Shown here in pieces: positions 1 through 10,823 of a DNA stretch of 43,768 bases. Every line of letters starts with the position of its first letter. The first letter of the stretch is position 1. Source of the stretch: Octopus bimaculoides (Eukaryota); assembly GCF_001194135.2 (NCBI RefSeq), contig NC_069005.1, forward strand, positions 17,355,133 through 17,398,900, written 5' to 3'. Under the pieces are notes generated by a model. The model was not told the origin of the DNA and made no database searches. It saw only the letters and a program-made list of their open reading frames with translations. The translations under genes and the position numbers were made by a program.

Positions 1-410
1 TTGCATTTAGTTTAGCCCAGTATTTACCATGTAGGGGTTTTTCTTGCCATCGTTTTATCATGGTCCGTTGCTGTTCTAGTTTTAGTTTGGATTTCATTTG
101 TTTTATAGCTTTTGTTGTTTCTTCTTCTTCTTCTTCTTCTTCTTCTTATTCTTCTTCTTTTTCTTCTTCTTCTTCTTCTTCTTCTTCTTCTTCTTCTTCT
201 TCTTCTTCTTCTTCTTCTTCTTCTTCTTCTTCTTCTTCTTCTTCTTCTTCTTCTTCTTTATTAGGTAGTATGACCTCTTGCTTGTATTTGTCAGTTTTCT
301 TAGATACTGAAACAGTTTTTTGTTTTGCTCGTGTTTTGTGGCTATCTGTATTAGTTTTCCTTGCTTCTCAAGTAGGTATTTTTGCAGCCCTATGGTGGTT
401 ATTTTGTAAT

Positions 411-412
<2 letters not shown>
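1..412 (-). mobile_element. Dong/R4-clade (RLE-type) non-LTR retrotransposon fragment, region between thumb and zinc finger, interrupted by (GAA)n
   Basis: Minus-strand translation YYKITTIGLQKYLLEKQGKLIQIATKH..(frameshift)..SVSKKTDKYKQEVILPNK-(E)n-TTKAIKQMKSKLKLEQQRTMIKRWQEKPLHGKYW. The W..KPLHG.Y motif corresponds to the MHGQF motif in the larger copy at about 4550. Runs off the window edge. Confidence 0.75.
119..258. repeat. (TTC)n microsatellite
   Basis: Near-perfect TTC array seen directly. Confidence 0.98.

Positions 413-444
<32 letters not shown>
413..444. repeat. (ATT)n microsatellite at the 5' truncation point of the Dong/R4 fragment
   Basis: About 10 ATT units seen directly. Confidence 0.9.
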
Positions 445-445
<1 letters not shown>

Positions 446-509
446 AATTATTCATTACTTTTTTATATTCCTATTTTGTGGTTGTTTAAGCTATATGTAA
501 CAAACTGCA

Positions 510-561
510 TCGAGTCCTTAACGCTTCGCTGTCCATTCATCACCTTCATCACGGACCCTCG
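510..561 (-). ncRNA. Degenerate minimal hammerhead-ribozyme-like motif
   Basis: Minus strand tcgagggtcc-gTGATGAAG-gtg..cagc-GAAgCGTT-aa-ggactcga. Flanks can pair (tcc/gga, tcgag/ctcga), but several core positions are substituted. Confidence 0.4.
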
Positions 562-1182
562 ACTGTATGAATTCTTTGGGTTTTTGGGGTTTTTTTTTTC
601 ATATTCTGTTTTTTTTTTTTGTTTGTTTATACGGTGAATTTGTTTGTTAGCGGCAATTTTGTGGCCGAAATAAAGAAATTGAATTAAAAGTAAAAATAGG
701 CCAAAATCAAGTGCCTGGTCCCCGTGACGTCATACGAACCGATACGAATCACTTGGCAATTCTATACCCCACGATGAAAAGGTTACTGCTCAGACGCAGT
801 GAGGTATAAGAACTTGTCATCAGTCATATAACATGTGTGCGTGTGTGTGTGTATGTGGTGTGCGTGTATGTGATGTGTGTGTGTGCGTGTGTGTACATGT
901 GTGTGTGTATACGAGTATGTGTGTACATATGTTATACCAACCATGGCAGTAACTAAAAATGTTTCTTTTGATCTGTCTCCCCCCCCCCACCTGCTCAGTC
1001 CTCTCTGTTGTTTCTTTAGTCGTTTGTCTTCATCTTTAACCTTTTACCTTGTGAGTTGCAGCCGCAGCATCAAAAACAACAACAGCAACAACATAATCAA
1101 TCACAAAAAGGAAAACAACAATAACTTGCAACAAAGACATTAAAAATATAACAACGGCGTGTCAACTGTTATGTCACTGACG

Positions 1183-1264
1183 AAGATGATGATGGTGATG
1201 ATGATGATGGTGATGATGACGATGGTGATGATGATGATGGTGATGATGATGGTAATGATGATGA

Positions 1265-1298
<34 letters not shown>

Positions 1299-1480
1299 GG
1301 TGGTGGTGGTGGTGGTGGTGATGATAACGATGTTGATGATAGTGATGGTGATTACAGTGATGATGATGATGATGGCGATGATGATAATCATGGTGATGAT
1401 GATGGTGATGAAGGTTAATTGTGATGATAGTATGTTCATAGTGATGACAATGATAGCGATGATGATAATGACTATAATCT
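1183..1480. repeat. Compound (GAT)n/(GGT)n microsatellite
   Basis: Seen directly; explains the poly-M/V and poly-I/T ORFs. Confidence 0.95.
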
Positions 1481-1499
1481 GTTATTCTGTCTCTTTACC

Positions 1500-1641
1500 A
1501 CACACACACACACACACACTCACAAGTACAATCACACATACACACACAACCATACACTCACACACGCACACACACACAACCACAAATCAATCACACACAC
1601 AACCACACAATCATTCATATACACACTCACATATACACACT

Positions 1642-1732
<91 letters not shown>
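1500..1732. repeat. (CA)n microsatellite
   Basis: Degenerate then pure CA array. Confidence 0.97.
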
Positions 1733-1735
<3 letters not shown>

Positions 1736-1959
1736 TGTTAATTATCATAAAGTTTTATTTTCGTCGACTTTGTTGCCGTTGTGTTCTATCTTTTCTAAAA
1801 GCAGTGTCAGTTGATGGAGAGTTGGGTTCTATCAAACGATCGAGTAGAGGTGCTTTCTTTATGTGCCCTTGGCGGTCGGGGCAACCCTAATGTGTGGGAT
1901 TCTCTGGTTGTCCCTGAGAGTAATTCAACCCTTTTGGGGAATATTTTAGGGTTTAATTT

Positions 1960-2096
1960 TATTGTGAATTGTTATTGTTATTTATTTTATACACGTCATT
2001 GAACCAAAGCCCACTTGTCCTTTGTGTTGTATTGTCCTTATTTGTTTTGTCCTCGGCCCTTAGGGCCAATAAAGATATTGTTATTATTATTATTAT
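1960..2096 (+). mobile_element. Probable 3' end of a LINE/SINE (pyrimidine-rich 3' UTR, AATAAA, (ATT)n tail)
   Basis: ttgtcctcggcccttagggccAATAAAgatattg followed by (tta)n; no coding evidence. Confidence 0.4.
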
Positions 2097-2099
2097 ATT

Positions 2100-4044
2100 T
2101 GCTGCGGAACACATCGGACGTGTTTTCGAACGCTCCAAGAAAGTTCAGTTCAAAATATTTATTTACACCAGAACTGGTGTCCTTTTGCGATAATTATTTT
2201 ATTGCAAGTTGTGAATAGAAACACCAGGAACCTATTACTGGATTTTTTATGGTTGTGTAGCCTCCGGAGGGGCTTTTTTCGGCCCTCCAAATAAATTCAG
2301 TGGATGTTAACATTCAATGGAATCAATACAACTCAACAAGATGGCGGAGAGCGTCTTGAAAGAATTGAGGAAAAACAAAACAAACCCTCCTACTAATATG
2401 GTAATAGATGAAGATTTCCCTCCCCTTCTCTCTGTCATAGAAATGACAACAGCAACCACAACGTTGACAGCAGCCGCAGCAGCAGCAGCAGTAGTAGTGG
2501 TGAGAGCAGCAACAACCACGAAAAAGAAAGCAACAGTAGTGGCAACAGCGATAGCAACAACAATAACAACAACAACGAGAGCAAAAGTAACGACAGTAAC
2601 AACAACAAAGCCAATACCAACAACATTGATAAGAACGACAAGAACAACGGCAGCAGCAACAGCAGCAACAGTGATAACAACAAAAACAACAAGGAAAACA
2701 ATACAAATAAAAATATCAAAAATAGTTTTGCAGCAGTAGCAGCAGCCAAGACCAAACACCGATATGCATTAGACCTCACAAATAGGGAAAGACGCTCCCA
2801 AAGGCATGAAAACTAATTAAACAAGAGAAAAATTAGGCAAATTTGACGACCCCATCAGAGGCAATTGAAGCAGTGGAGAGAAGAACGGTGCTTTTCAGAT
2901 GCTTTTCAGCAGACACGAAAAGAGCGGCTTTGATAGCCTAAGTAGATTTTGAGGAGGCGATACTGAGGTGCAAAAGAAATGACATCGAATACATAGCAAG
3001 GGGCAAACATTACGGCGCCATTTCGGTGCTGTTTAAATCAGAAGCCCTTGCTAAGAAATATTCAATGACCCTCTGCAAAACCAGAAAATTCATCATGTAC
3101 CCCTCCCACGTGTCCGCATTCCTAGAATCCCCCCACCCTAGGACTGAATATTTGGTGGCTTCTGGGGTACGTAATCGTAGAGGGAACGGATACTGTCCCT
3201 ATAGAGGCGACAAGAATTGTCAGGGAGGACTGGTCATGAGTTGACCTGGAGGTACTTCTCTAGATCAGACCCGAAAACATTAAAAAAAATCCCAAACCAC
3301 ATCCGTCTCCAGAACGGGACGATGATACACATCATAACTGAAGGTAAAAGGTCGCATTGTTTCAGGTGTGGAGAAACGATTCATTTGGATGCTCGCTGCG
3401 CCCTACAGCCTACACTGCAGCCTACGCCGGGACGAGAACCATACACAACACCAACATCGGCAAAACCACCAGCAACAACACCAAAGACATTAACCACCCT
3501 AGGAGGAAACAAGGAAAGTTCTCACACCAAACAAAAATACACACATAAGCAAGATTATAAAAATACACACAGACACAGACACAGACACATTTACAGCAGC
3601 AGACCCTTCACCTTGCAGTAGTGAAGATGAAGGAAAACCGAAAGATCCAAAAAAAAAAAAGCGCAAAAGAAAAACCCCGCAAAGCATAACAATACCAACA
3701 ATAAAAGATACAGACCCCACCCACACAAACATCTCCCCCAAAACACTAACACCATCACTATCAGCAGAATCCCCCAAACGCAAAACAACCTAAACAACAA
3801 CAAACACTCACACAAACATCTAAAACTGCCGACACCACATTCACAGCACACACAGAAAGAACAGAAACAATAATAGGAGCATCACGACTACAAGTCAAGC
3901 AAACAAATTAAACAACACCAACACAAAACACCCAACTTCGTACTCATCAGAAGGGACAACGAGGAACGGATGGCACTCGTAGCGCAAAATACGGAATTGA
4001 AACAGGTGGGTGTGGTGATCTTCGAATCGAACATTCGGAGTACT
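2100..4044 (+). mobile_element. L1/Tx1-like LINE 5' region: decayed ORF1 (gag-like) with CCHC zinc knuckle
   Basis: ORF 2317-2739 (MAESVLKELRKNK..EDFPPL, then a T/A-rich tract). Frameshifted pieces follow (IEYIARGKHYGAISVLFKSEALAKKYS). ORF 3217-3621 contains CFRCGETIHLDARC (C-x2-C-x4-H-x4-C) and then a Pro/Thr/Lys low-complexity tail. The clade assignment is inference; ORF2 is absent. Confidence 0.65.
2445..2745. repeat. (ACA/GCA/GTA)n trinucleotide low-complexity tract inside LINE ORF1
   Basis: Seen directly. Confidence 0.9.
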
Positions 4045-6893
4045 TGTTCAACCTCTTTACTCACAAAATTCAGGTCATTTGGTATGGCTACATCAATGAT
4101 CTGACAGTATTTGTCTCTCTTATTCAATATGACAATATCCAGCCGACGGTGTTCGATTACACGATCCGTCTGAAAATCATAGTCCCAGAGTATCATTACT
4201 TTCCCATAACTTTACTTGGTACATGCTCATACCAGTTCTTTGTTACTTCATATTGGTATTTACTGCATAAGAGCCAATGAAGATACATACATATTTTATC
4301 GTGGTGGCGCTTTTATTCATTTTGTGCAAGGCTCTCACATCCACTTACCAAGTGGGTCACATTTTCCACACTCTTTCCACAGAGTCTGCATTTCTGGGTG
4401 TCAGAAGTTTTATAGATGTTATACTTCACTGAATTGGTAGCGAGAGCCTGGTCTTGTGCAGCAATGATCAGGCTTTCGGTGGTACGCTTCAAATCACCTC
4501 GCTCAAGTCATGCCCACGATGCTGTATTATTCTTAACCTCCTGTGTATTCCTTTCAAACTGTCCATGCATTCTCATTTCAAGAAGGTTTTCATTTCTCCT
4601 CTCCTCAGCTCTTTGGTTAATCTCTTCTTTGCTCATCATTTCATCTGCATTTACACCCATATCTTTCGCGGCATATTGCAGTAGGTCTTCATCAGTATTT
4701 ATCAAACACTCGGCAAGCGTTCACTTTTCACTCTTTATACAATGGTCTATACTAATTAGTCCTCTGCCACCATTCTTTCTTTTCCTATACACTCTGTTTA
4801 CGTTTGCTTTAGGGTGTCGCGCCCCACGCAGCGTTATCAACTTTCTCGTCCTTCTATCCAGTGTTGAGATTTCCTCCTTAGTGCATTTCAGGATGGACGC
4901 ACTATATCTGACCACCGTAACTGCCCAGATATTTATTGCGATAATCAAATTTTTGGCATTCAGGTTGGATTTCAACACCATTTCCACCCTTTTTTTATAC
5001 ACTTCGCTGACCTTGACTTTCATATCTTCGTGTAGAATGTATCCAGCTCCAAAATCCCTAAATACTGCTGGGTTCACCTTTGGTCTCTCCAGATGGTAAC
5101 CGCAATCTTATGCATGCTGCTTTCTTCCCTCTTTTCATATTAAGTACTGAGCATTTGGTGATCCCTAATTTCATACCGATGTCCCCACTACACCTCTGGA
5201 CTGTTTTCGTTAAGGAATCTATCTGTTTCTTAGATTTCCCAAACAATTTCAGGCCATCCATAAACAGAAGATGGTTCAACGATGAGCCTTTCTTTTCACA
5301 TCGTTAACCAATCTTAACTTTCTTAAGTTTCATTGTTATGGGTATTAGTGCAATTACAAATAGTAACGGAGAAAGCAAGTCACCTTGGAAGATACCCCTT
5401 TTAATATCAACTTCTCCAAGGAATACATTACTTGACTACAATTTGGTTTTCCACTCTTTCATGCTATGCATAAGAAAAATTGTGATATTATTGTCAGCAA
5501 CACCAAATATCTGCAGGTATTCAACGATCCAAAATGTGGCATCATATCATTCGCCTTCTTAAAGTCAATCCAAGCCATAGACGTTTATATGATGTTTTTT
5601 ACAATTCCTCAAAGCTGTTTTGTCGATGACCAGGTGAATCTTGGTAACCTGAGAACTCTTCCTACTTCCTTTTTGTTCCTTTGGTAGTATTTCTTCCTAT
5701 GCCAGGAAAACATGTCTTTGCCGCACATATTCCAGTGAGTATCGTCCAGATTATGTTTAGGCATGCAATGGGACGGATATTTCCACAATATTTCCCCTTC
5801 TTCTATCTTTCATTATAAGCGTTGTCCTCCCAGTCACCATCGACGTCGGGATTGTACCTTTCTAGACACACTCATTCAATTGAGTTGCTAGTCTCTCATG
5901 CACCGTGTGGCATCACTTCAGCCAAAAACCATGAATCCCATCTGGTCCGGAAGCTTTCCAGTTAGAAACGTTACCCACTTGTTCTTTCACATCAACCGTG
6001 CTTATGACAATATTCCTTTCTTTCTTTCCTCCTTGCAATTCTGTCTTGATAGTTCCTATCCACATTGCATCCCTTCTATGTACCACATTGTTTCTCTATA
6101 ATTCGCTCCAGAACCCCTTAGCTTGATTTGCATCAGGAGCAACATTTTCCTCATTGTCTCCTTCTAACGTTTGGAAGAATTGCTTCGAGTTATTATTGAA
6201 CAATCTGTTCTCCTCGAACTGCTTATTCCTGTTCACAAATCTTATGATCTGGCTTTTTGCCATGATTCTCTGTTTTAACTGCTCTGTTACTGCATCAAAC
6301 CCGTTCTTCCGTATTTCATATTTCAAGCAATTTATTATCTAGTTGGTTCATTGCCCCCTGCATCTCCACCCACCACAGTATCAGCATTCACTGTACAATG
6401 TTTCTGTTCCTCATCCTTTACAGCCCCATCACCATTTCCCTGTTCCTCCTACCTACTCTTCTCTCTGCTTTCAGCTCCTACCTCTCTGTTTTCAACTCCG
6501 ACCATCCTTTGTAGCCCATCCGCAAGGTCTCTCAGACTCTCACTAATATGAGATATTTCTACTCCAGTTAAGTAACCCTTCCACCCAAAATTCCAAGGTA
6601 CGTCGGCCCACTCCATGACTTCTTTCCAGCTTTGCTCTTTCATGACATTCAATAAGCGCCTCGTACTCTTCCTTCGTCCACTTCTGTCTGTCTTTGCGCA
6701 CACCATGTATGTGATCTGTTGTGACATAATGACCGTCCGAGGCCAAATCATTGCCCCTGATGCAGGCGGTTTCGAACGTGTCGGGCAGGGAACCTTCACC
6801 ATGATCGACTATAGTTCCTTTCTCGCCGTTAATTCTTTCCTTGTTGTGTTGGTTGCATCATGATTTCATGAGTCATTCGTGGGGTCCCCACGA
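4045..6893 (-). mobile_element. Dong/R4-clade non-LTR retrotransposon, near full length, multiply frameshifted, 3'-truncated inside the RLE endonuclease
   Basis: Motifs in the correct order on the minus strand: Myb-like KWTKEEYEALIEC (~6650); QFEENRLFNNNSKQFF (~6200); GNIRPIACL (~5780); AWIDFKKA (~5570); RGIFQGDLLSPLLF (~5380); HLLFMDG (RT catalytic motif, ~5265); GGRGL (~4760); CRLCGKSVENVTHLVSGC zinc finger (~4370); WDYDFQTDRVIEHRRLDIV..IIDVAIPND RLE domain (4060-4196). Confidence 0.92.
6877..6893. other. 17-bp GC-rich hairpin at the presumed 5' end of the Dong/R4 element
   Basis: tcgtgggg-t-ccccacga is self-complementary around one central base. Confidence 0.6.
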
Positions 6894-7107
6894 GAATTGT
6901 TATTGAGATCTCATCTCTTTCTTCCTTTCTTTATTTGTATATACACATGCACATGTATGTACATACACATATATATAAATAACGTGCTTGCATTGAATCG
7001 CTTCCATAACCACAGTGATTATCATTACCACCATCGTTCTACCCATAGCATTTAAAAATATCAATAATAATATGGGTCCCGGTATATTGCAACGGATCTT
7101 CGTCACT

Positions 7108-7362
7108 ATTTATCAAATATTCGCCAAGCGTTCTTCTTTCACTCCTTATTAATTAGTCCTCTGCCACCAATCCTTTCTTTTCATAAACAGCCTGTTTACG
7201 TTTGCAATTAACACTTGATACTATCTTTTGCACTCCCTGCATGAATGGTAATCCAGGGATCATGTTTAGTTCCTTTACAGGTCATTTTAAGTGCTCCCAC
7301 AATCACTGGTATTGTAACCGTTTTGAGATGCTATCTTTGCTCCAACTAGTGTCGTCATCTAT
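7108..7362 (-). mobile_element. Second Dong/R4-family remnant (GGRGL-region piece plus C-terminal piece)
   Basis: 7108-7205 matches 4700-4810 (aattagtcctctgccacc..tgtttacgtttgc). 7205-7362 translates to TVTIPVIVGAL.., typical of the C-terminus after the RLE domain. Confidence 0.7.
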
Positions 7363-7368
7363 CCACAT

Positions 7369-7370
<2 letters not shown>

Positions 7371-7451
<81 letters not shown>
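7371..7451. repeat. (CA)n(TA)n microsatellite
   Basis: Seen directly. Confidence 0.97.
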
Positions 7452-7455
<4 letters not shown>

Positions 7456-7547
7456 TTCATAATAAAATATAAGGATAAAAATCACTTGAATGATTTTTAT
7501 CAAGTAGTCAACATGCTATAAAAATTTATAGACAAATTATTCATTAA

Positions 7548-7795
7548 ATTAATAATAACGTACATATGTATATAATTATATCAAGGGAACAAGGGTGAAA
7601 ATGACCTGTCTCGGGCATGCTTGAAATGCCAAGACCTCAACCAAAAACTACCAAAAAAATCGAGATAAATATACACATTTTCTGGAGTTTTTTGGGGAGT
7701 TTTTGAAGGTCTCATCATTCAAGCATGCCGGAGATAAGTCATTTACGACCTTGCTCCCTTGATATAATTATATACATATGTATATTATTATTAAT
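7548..7795. mobile_element. Palindromic (fold-back) MITE-like element, arms about 110 bp
   Basis: The left arm attaataataa..tacatatgtatataattatatcaaggga..gcatgcttgaa..caaaaact is the imperfect reverse complement of the right arm. Spacer about 25 bp. Confidence 0.85.
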
Positions 7796-8025
7796 ATGAT
7801 TATATATATATAGAGAGAGAGAGATGGAGTGAAAAGATAAGATCCAGAGATGGTCAATATAGAAACCACTTAGGACGGATCGAATGATTTGAACTTACAT
7901 TCCGAGGGCTAAATCCGAGGTGTAAAGATTGACTATAAGAGTAATCCAGGTAAGTAGATATCGCGATAATGATGCAAGTAAACAAATGAAACTGCTCTGT
8001 GTTTTTTATATATATATATATATAT

Positions 8026-8185
8026 AGTATATTGGTCACTTAAATGCGGCTAACCAATAAGGGTGAATGCTACTGTAGCTTGTAGCCCCAGGAGGACATC
8101 TCCTGGAGGAGATGTTCTCCTGGGGCCACAAGCTACAGTGGCATTCACCCTTAGTGGTTAGCCGCATTTAAGTGACAAATATACT
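8026..8185. mobile_element. Near-perfect 160-bp palindrome (78-bp arms, 4-nt loop), MITE-like
   Basis: 8026-8103 versus the reverse complement of 8108-8185: five mismatches by manual alignment. Confidence 0.9.
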
Positions 8186-8473
8186 TCACGTTGTCGTGCA
8201 GCTACTGTTGATACCTCGTTCAGAGATTTATTATATATATATATTGTTGGCACTTAACGGAACCGAATTAATCAAATTATTCGACATATTCGTCTTTGCA
8301 CTTGTATTAAATTGTTTATTCGGTCAATGTTCGTTACTTTATCTAGCGAAAGAAAGACGGTAAGTTTTAAATTACATATGTAGGCGTGAATTTGTGCGTA
8401 TGTACCTACCATGTATATATATTAAGTTTTGTGTTTTGTGTGCATGTGTATTTAGTGTTTTAGTTTTCTATTT

Positions 8474-8518
<45 letters not shown>

Positions 8519-8809
8519 NNNNNNNNNNNNNNNNNNNNNNNNNNNNNNNNNNNNNNNNNNNNNNNNNNNNNNNNNNNNNNNNNNNNNNNNNNNNNNNNNN
8601 NNNNNNNNNNNNNNNNNNNNNNNNNNNNNNNNNNNNNNNNNNNNNNNNNNNNNNNNNNNNNNNNNNNNNNNNNNNNNNNNNNNNNNNNNNNNNNNNNNNN
8701 NNNNNNNNNNNNNNNNNNNNNNNNNNNNNNNNNNNNNNNNNNNNNNNNNNNNNNNNNNNNNNNNNNNNNNNNNNNNNNNNNNNNNNNNNNNNNNNNNNNN
8801 NNNNNNNNN
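8519..8809. other. Assembly gap (N)
   Basis: N run between (TA)n and (GATA)n. Confidence 1.

Positions 8810-8868
<59 letters not shown>
8810..8868. repeat. (GATA)n microsatellite
   Basis: Seen directly. Confidence 0.97.
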
Positions 8869-8983
8869 TATACACTGACAATTATATTTCTTCTTTTTAG
8901 TAAAACATTGCACAAGGCTATCTATATTAAATTATATATATCTGCATGTTTGTATGTATGCATACTGCTTCACTCGCTACAAA

Positions 8984-9022
<39 letters not shown>

Positions 9023-9409
9023 ACAGGAATGGCAACAAAAGAAAGAAAGAGACCTCAATATTATACAAATAGAGGAATATGTATGTATGTATGCATATAT
9101 AAAGGTACATATACTCCTTCTGCCACTATTGTGTGAGTGCGCGCGATAGTATGTGTGTGCTCAAGTGTGTATGAGCGTAGATATGTATGCATATATGTTT
9201 CATCATATCTTCAGATGACACAGCATTGTAGAAATCTTCTTATAGACAGAAAAGAAATCATACCAAAAAAGGTAAACCAAAATAAACGGTAACTCGTACA
9301 ATTGTAATGCTCAGAAATACGGAGGCTGAGTGAGACTTTATATGTCTGGAGACATCTTACTGAATGAGAAACATAACCACGTACATATAAGTACATAAAT
9401 AGCATATAT

Positions 9410-9419
9410 NNNNNNNNNN
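9410..9419. other. Assembly gap (10 N)
   Basis: N run. Confidence 1.
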
Positions 9420-9784
9420 TATGTATGTATGTATGTATGTATGTATGTATGTATGTATGTATGGTTGAACCTATATACATATATTATCTGGCGATATATA
9501 AATGTTAATTCATATGTATGTAATAGGATTCATATATGTGTGCGTGCGTGTGTTTTTGTGTGTGTGTTTGTGCTTGTGCGTGTCCTACGTATGTGTGTTT
9601 GTGTCTGTGTTTGTATGTATATGTGTATACACATATACATACACACACACACGCACACACACAAACACACACATACATAAATTATATATGTATATGATTA
9701 AAAGAAGCCTTGTATATAATGTCTGCGGATCTTCTTAGGGAAGAGAGATAAAAATAATAATATAAATATATATATGTATATATA

Positions 9785-9834
<50 letters not shown>

Positions 9835-10610
9835 NNNNNNNNNNNNNNNNNNNNNNNNNNNNNNNNNNNNNNNNNNNNNNNNNNNNNNNNNNNNNNNNNN
9901 NNNNNNNNNNNNNNNNNNNNNNNNNNNNNNNNNNNNNNNNNNNNNNNNNNNNNNNNNNNNNNNNNNNNNNNNNNNNNNNNNNNNNNNNNNNNNNNNNNNN
10001 NNNNNNNNNNNNNNNNNNNNNNNNNNNNNNNNNNNNNNNNNNNNNNNNNNNNNNNNNNNNNNNNNNNNNNNNNNNNNNNNNNNNNNNNNNNNNNNNNNNN
10101 NNNNNNNNNNNNNNNNNNNNNNNNNNNNNNNNNNNNNNNNNNNNNNNNNNNNNNNNNNNNNNNNNNNNNNNNNNNNNNNNNNNNNNNNNNNNNNNNNNNN
10201 NNNNNNNNNNNNNNNNNNNNNNNNNNNNNNNNNNNNNNNNNNNNNNNNNNNNNNNNNNNNNNNNNNNNNNNNNNNNNNNNNNNNNNNNNNNNNNNNNNNN
10301 NNNNNNNNNNNNNNNNNNNNNNNNNNNNNNNNNNNNNNNNNNNNNNNNNNNNNNNNNNNNNNNNNNNNNNNNNNNNNNNNNNNNNNNNNNNNNNNNNNNN
10401 NNNNNNNNNNNNNNNNNNNNNNNNNNNNNNNNNNNNNNNNNNNNNNNNNNNNNNNNNNNNNNNNNNNNNNNNNNNNNNNNNNNNNNNNNNNNNNNNNNNN
10501 NNNNNNNNNNNNNNNNNNNNNNNNNNNNNNNNNNNNNNNNNNNNNNNNNNNNNNNNNNNNNNNNNNNNNNNNNNNNNNNNNNNNNNNNNNNNNNNNNNNN
10601 NNNNNNNNNN
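9835..10610. other. Assembly gap (N); hides the 3' end of the Penelope-like element
   Basis: N run. Confidence 1.
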
Positions 10611-10741
10611 ACTTTTTCAGCTAAGAGTAAAATAAGAAAAACAATTAAATCGGAGAAAAAAAATTAAGTGAAATGTTTTGTAGATATTTCCATAATCTTT
10701 AAATAGGTAAATATTTCCATAGTCTTCAGATGGTCTCTTTC

Positions 10742-10783
<42 letters not shown>

Positions 10784-10789
10784 ACTCTT

Positions 10790-10823
<34 letters not shown>

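Noticed and set aside
60-2779. Poly-Ser, poly-Met/Val, poly-His/Thr, poly-Cys and poly-Leu ORFs
   Set aside because: Translations of simple repeats, or antisense frames of LINE sequence.
4416-5099. 227-aa plus-strand ORF that looks hydrophobic
   Set aside because: It is the antisense frame of the Dong/R4 RT thumb region.
7946-7958. Minus-strand ctacttacctgg resembling the 5' end of U1 snRNA
   Set aside because: Similarity stops after 11 nt; it is the complement of a consensus splice donor.
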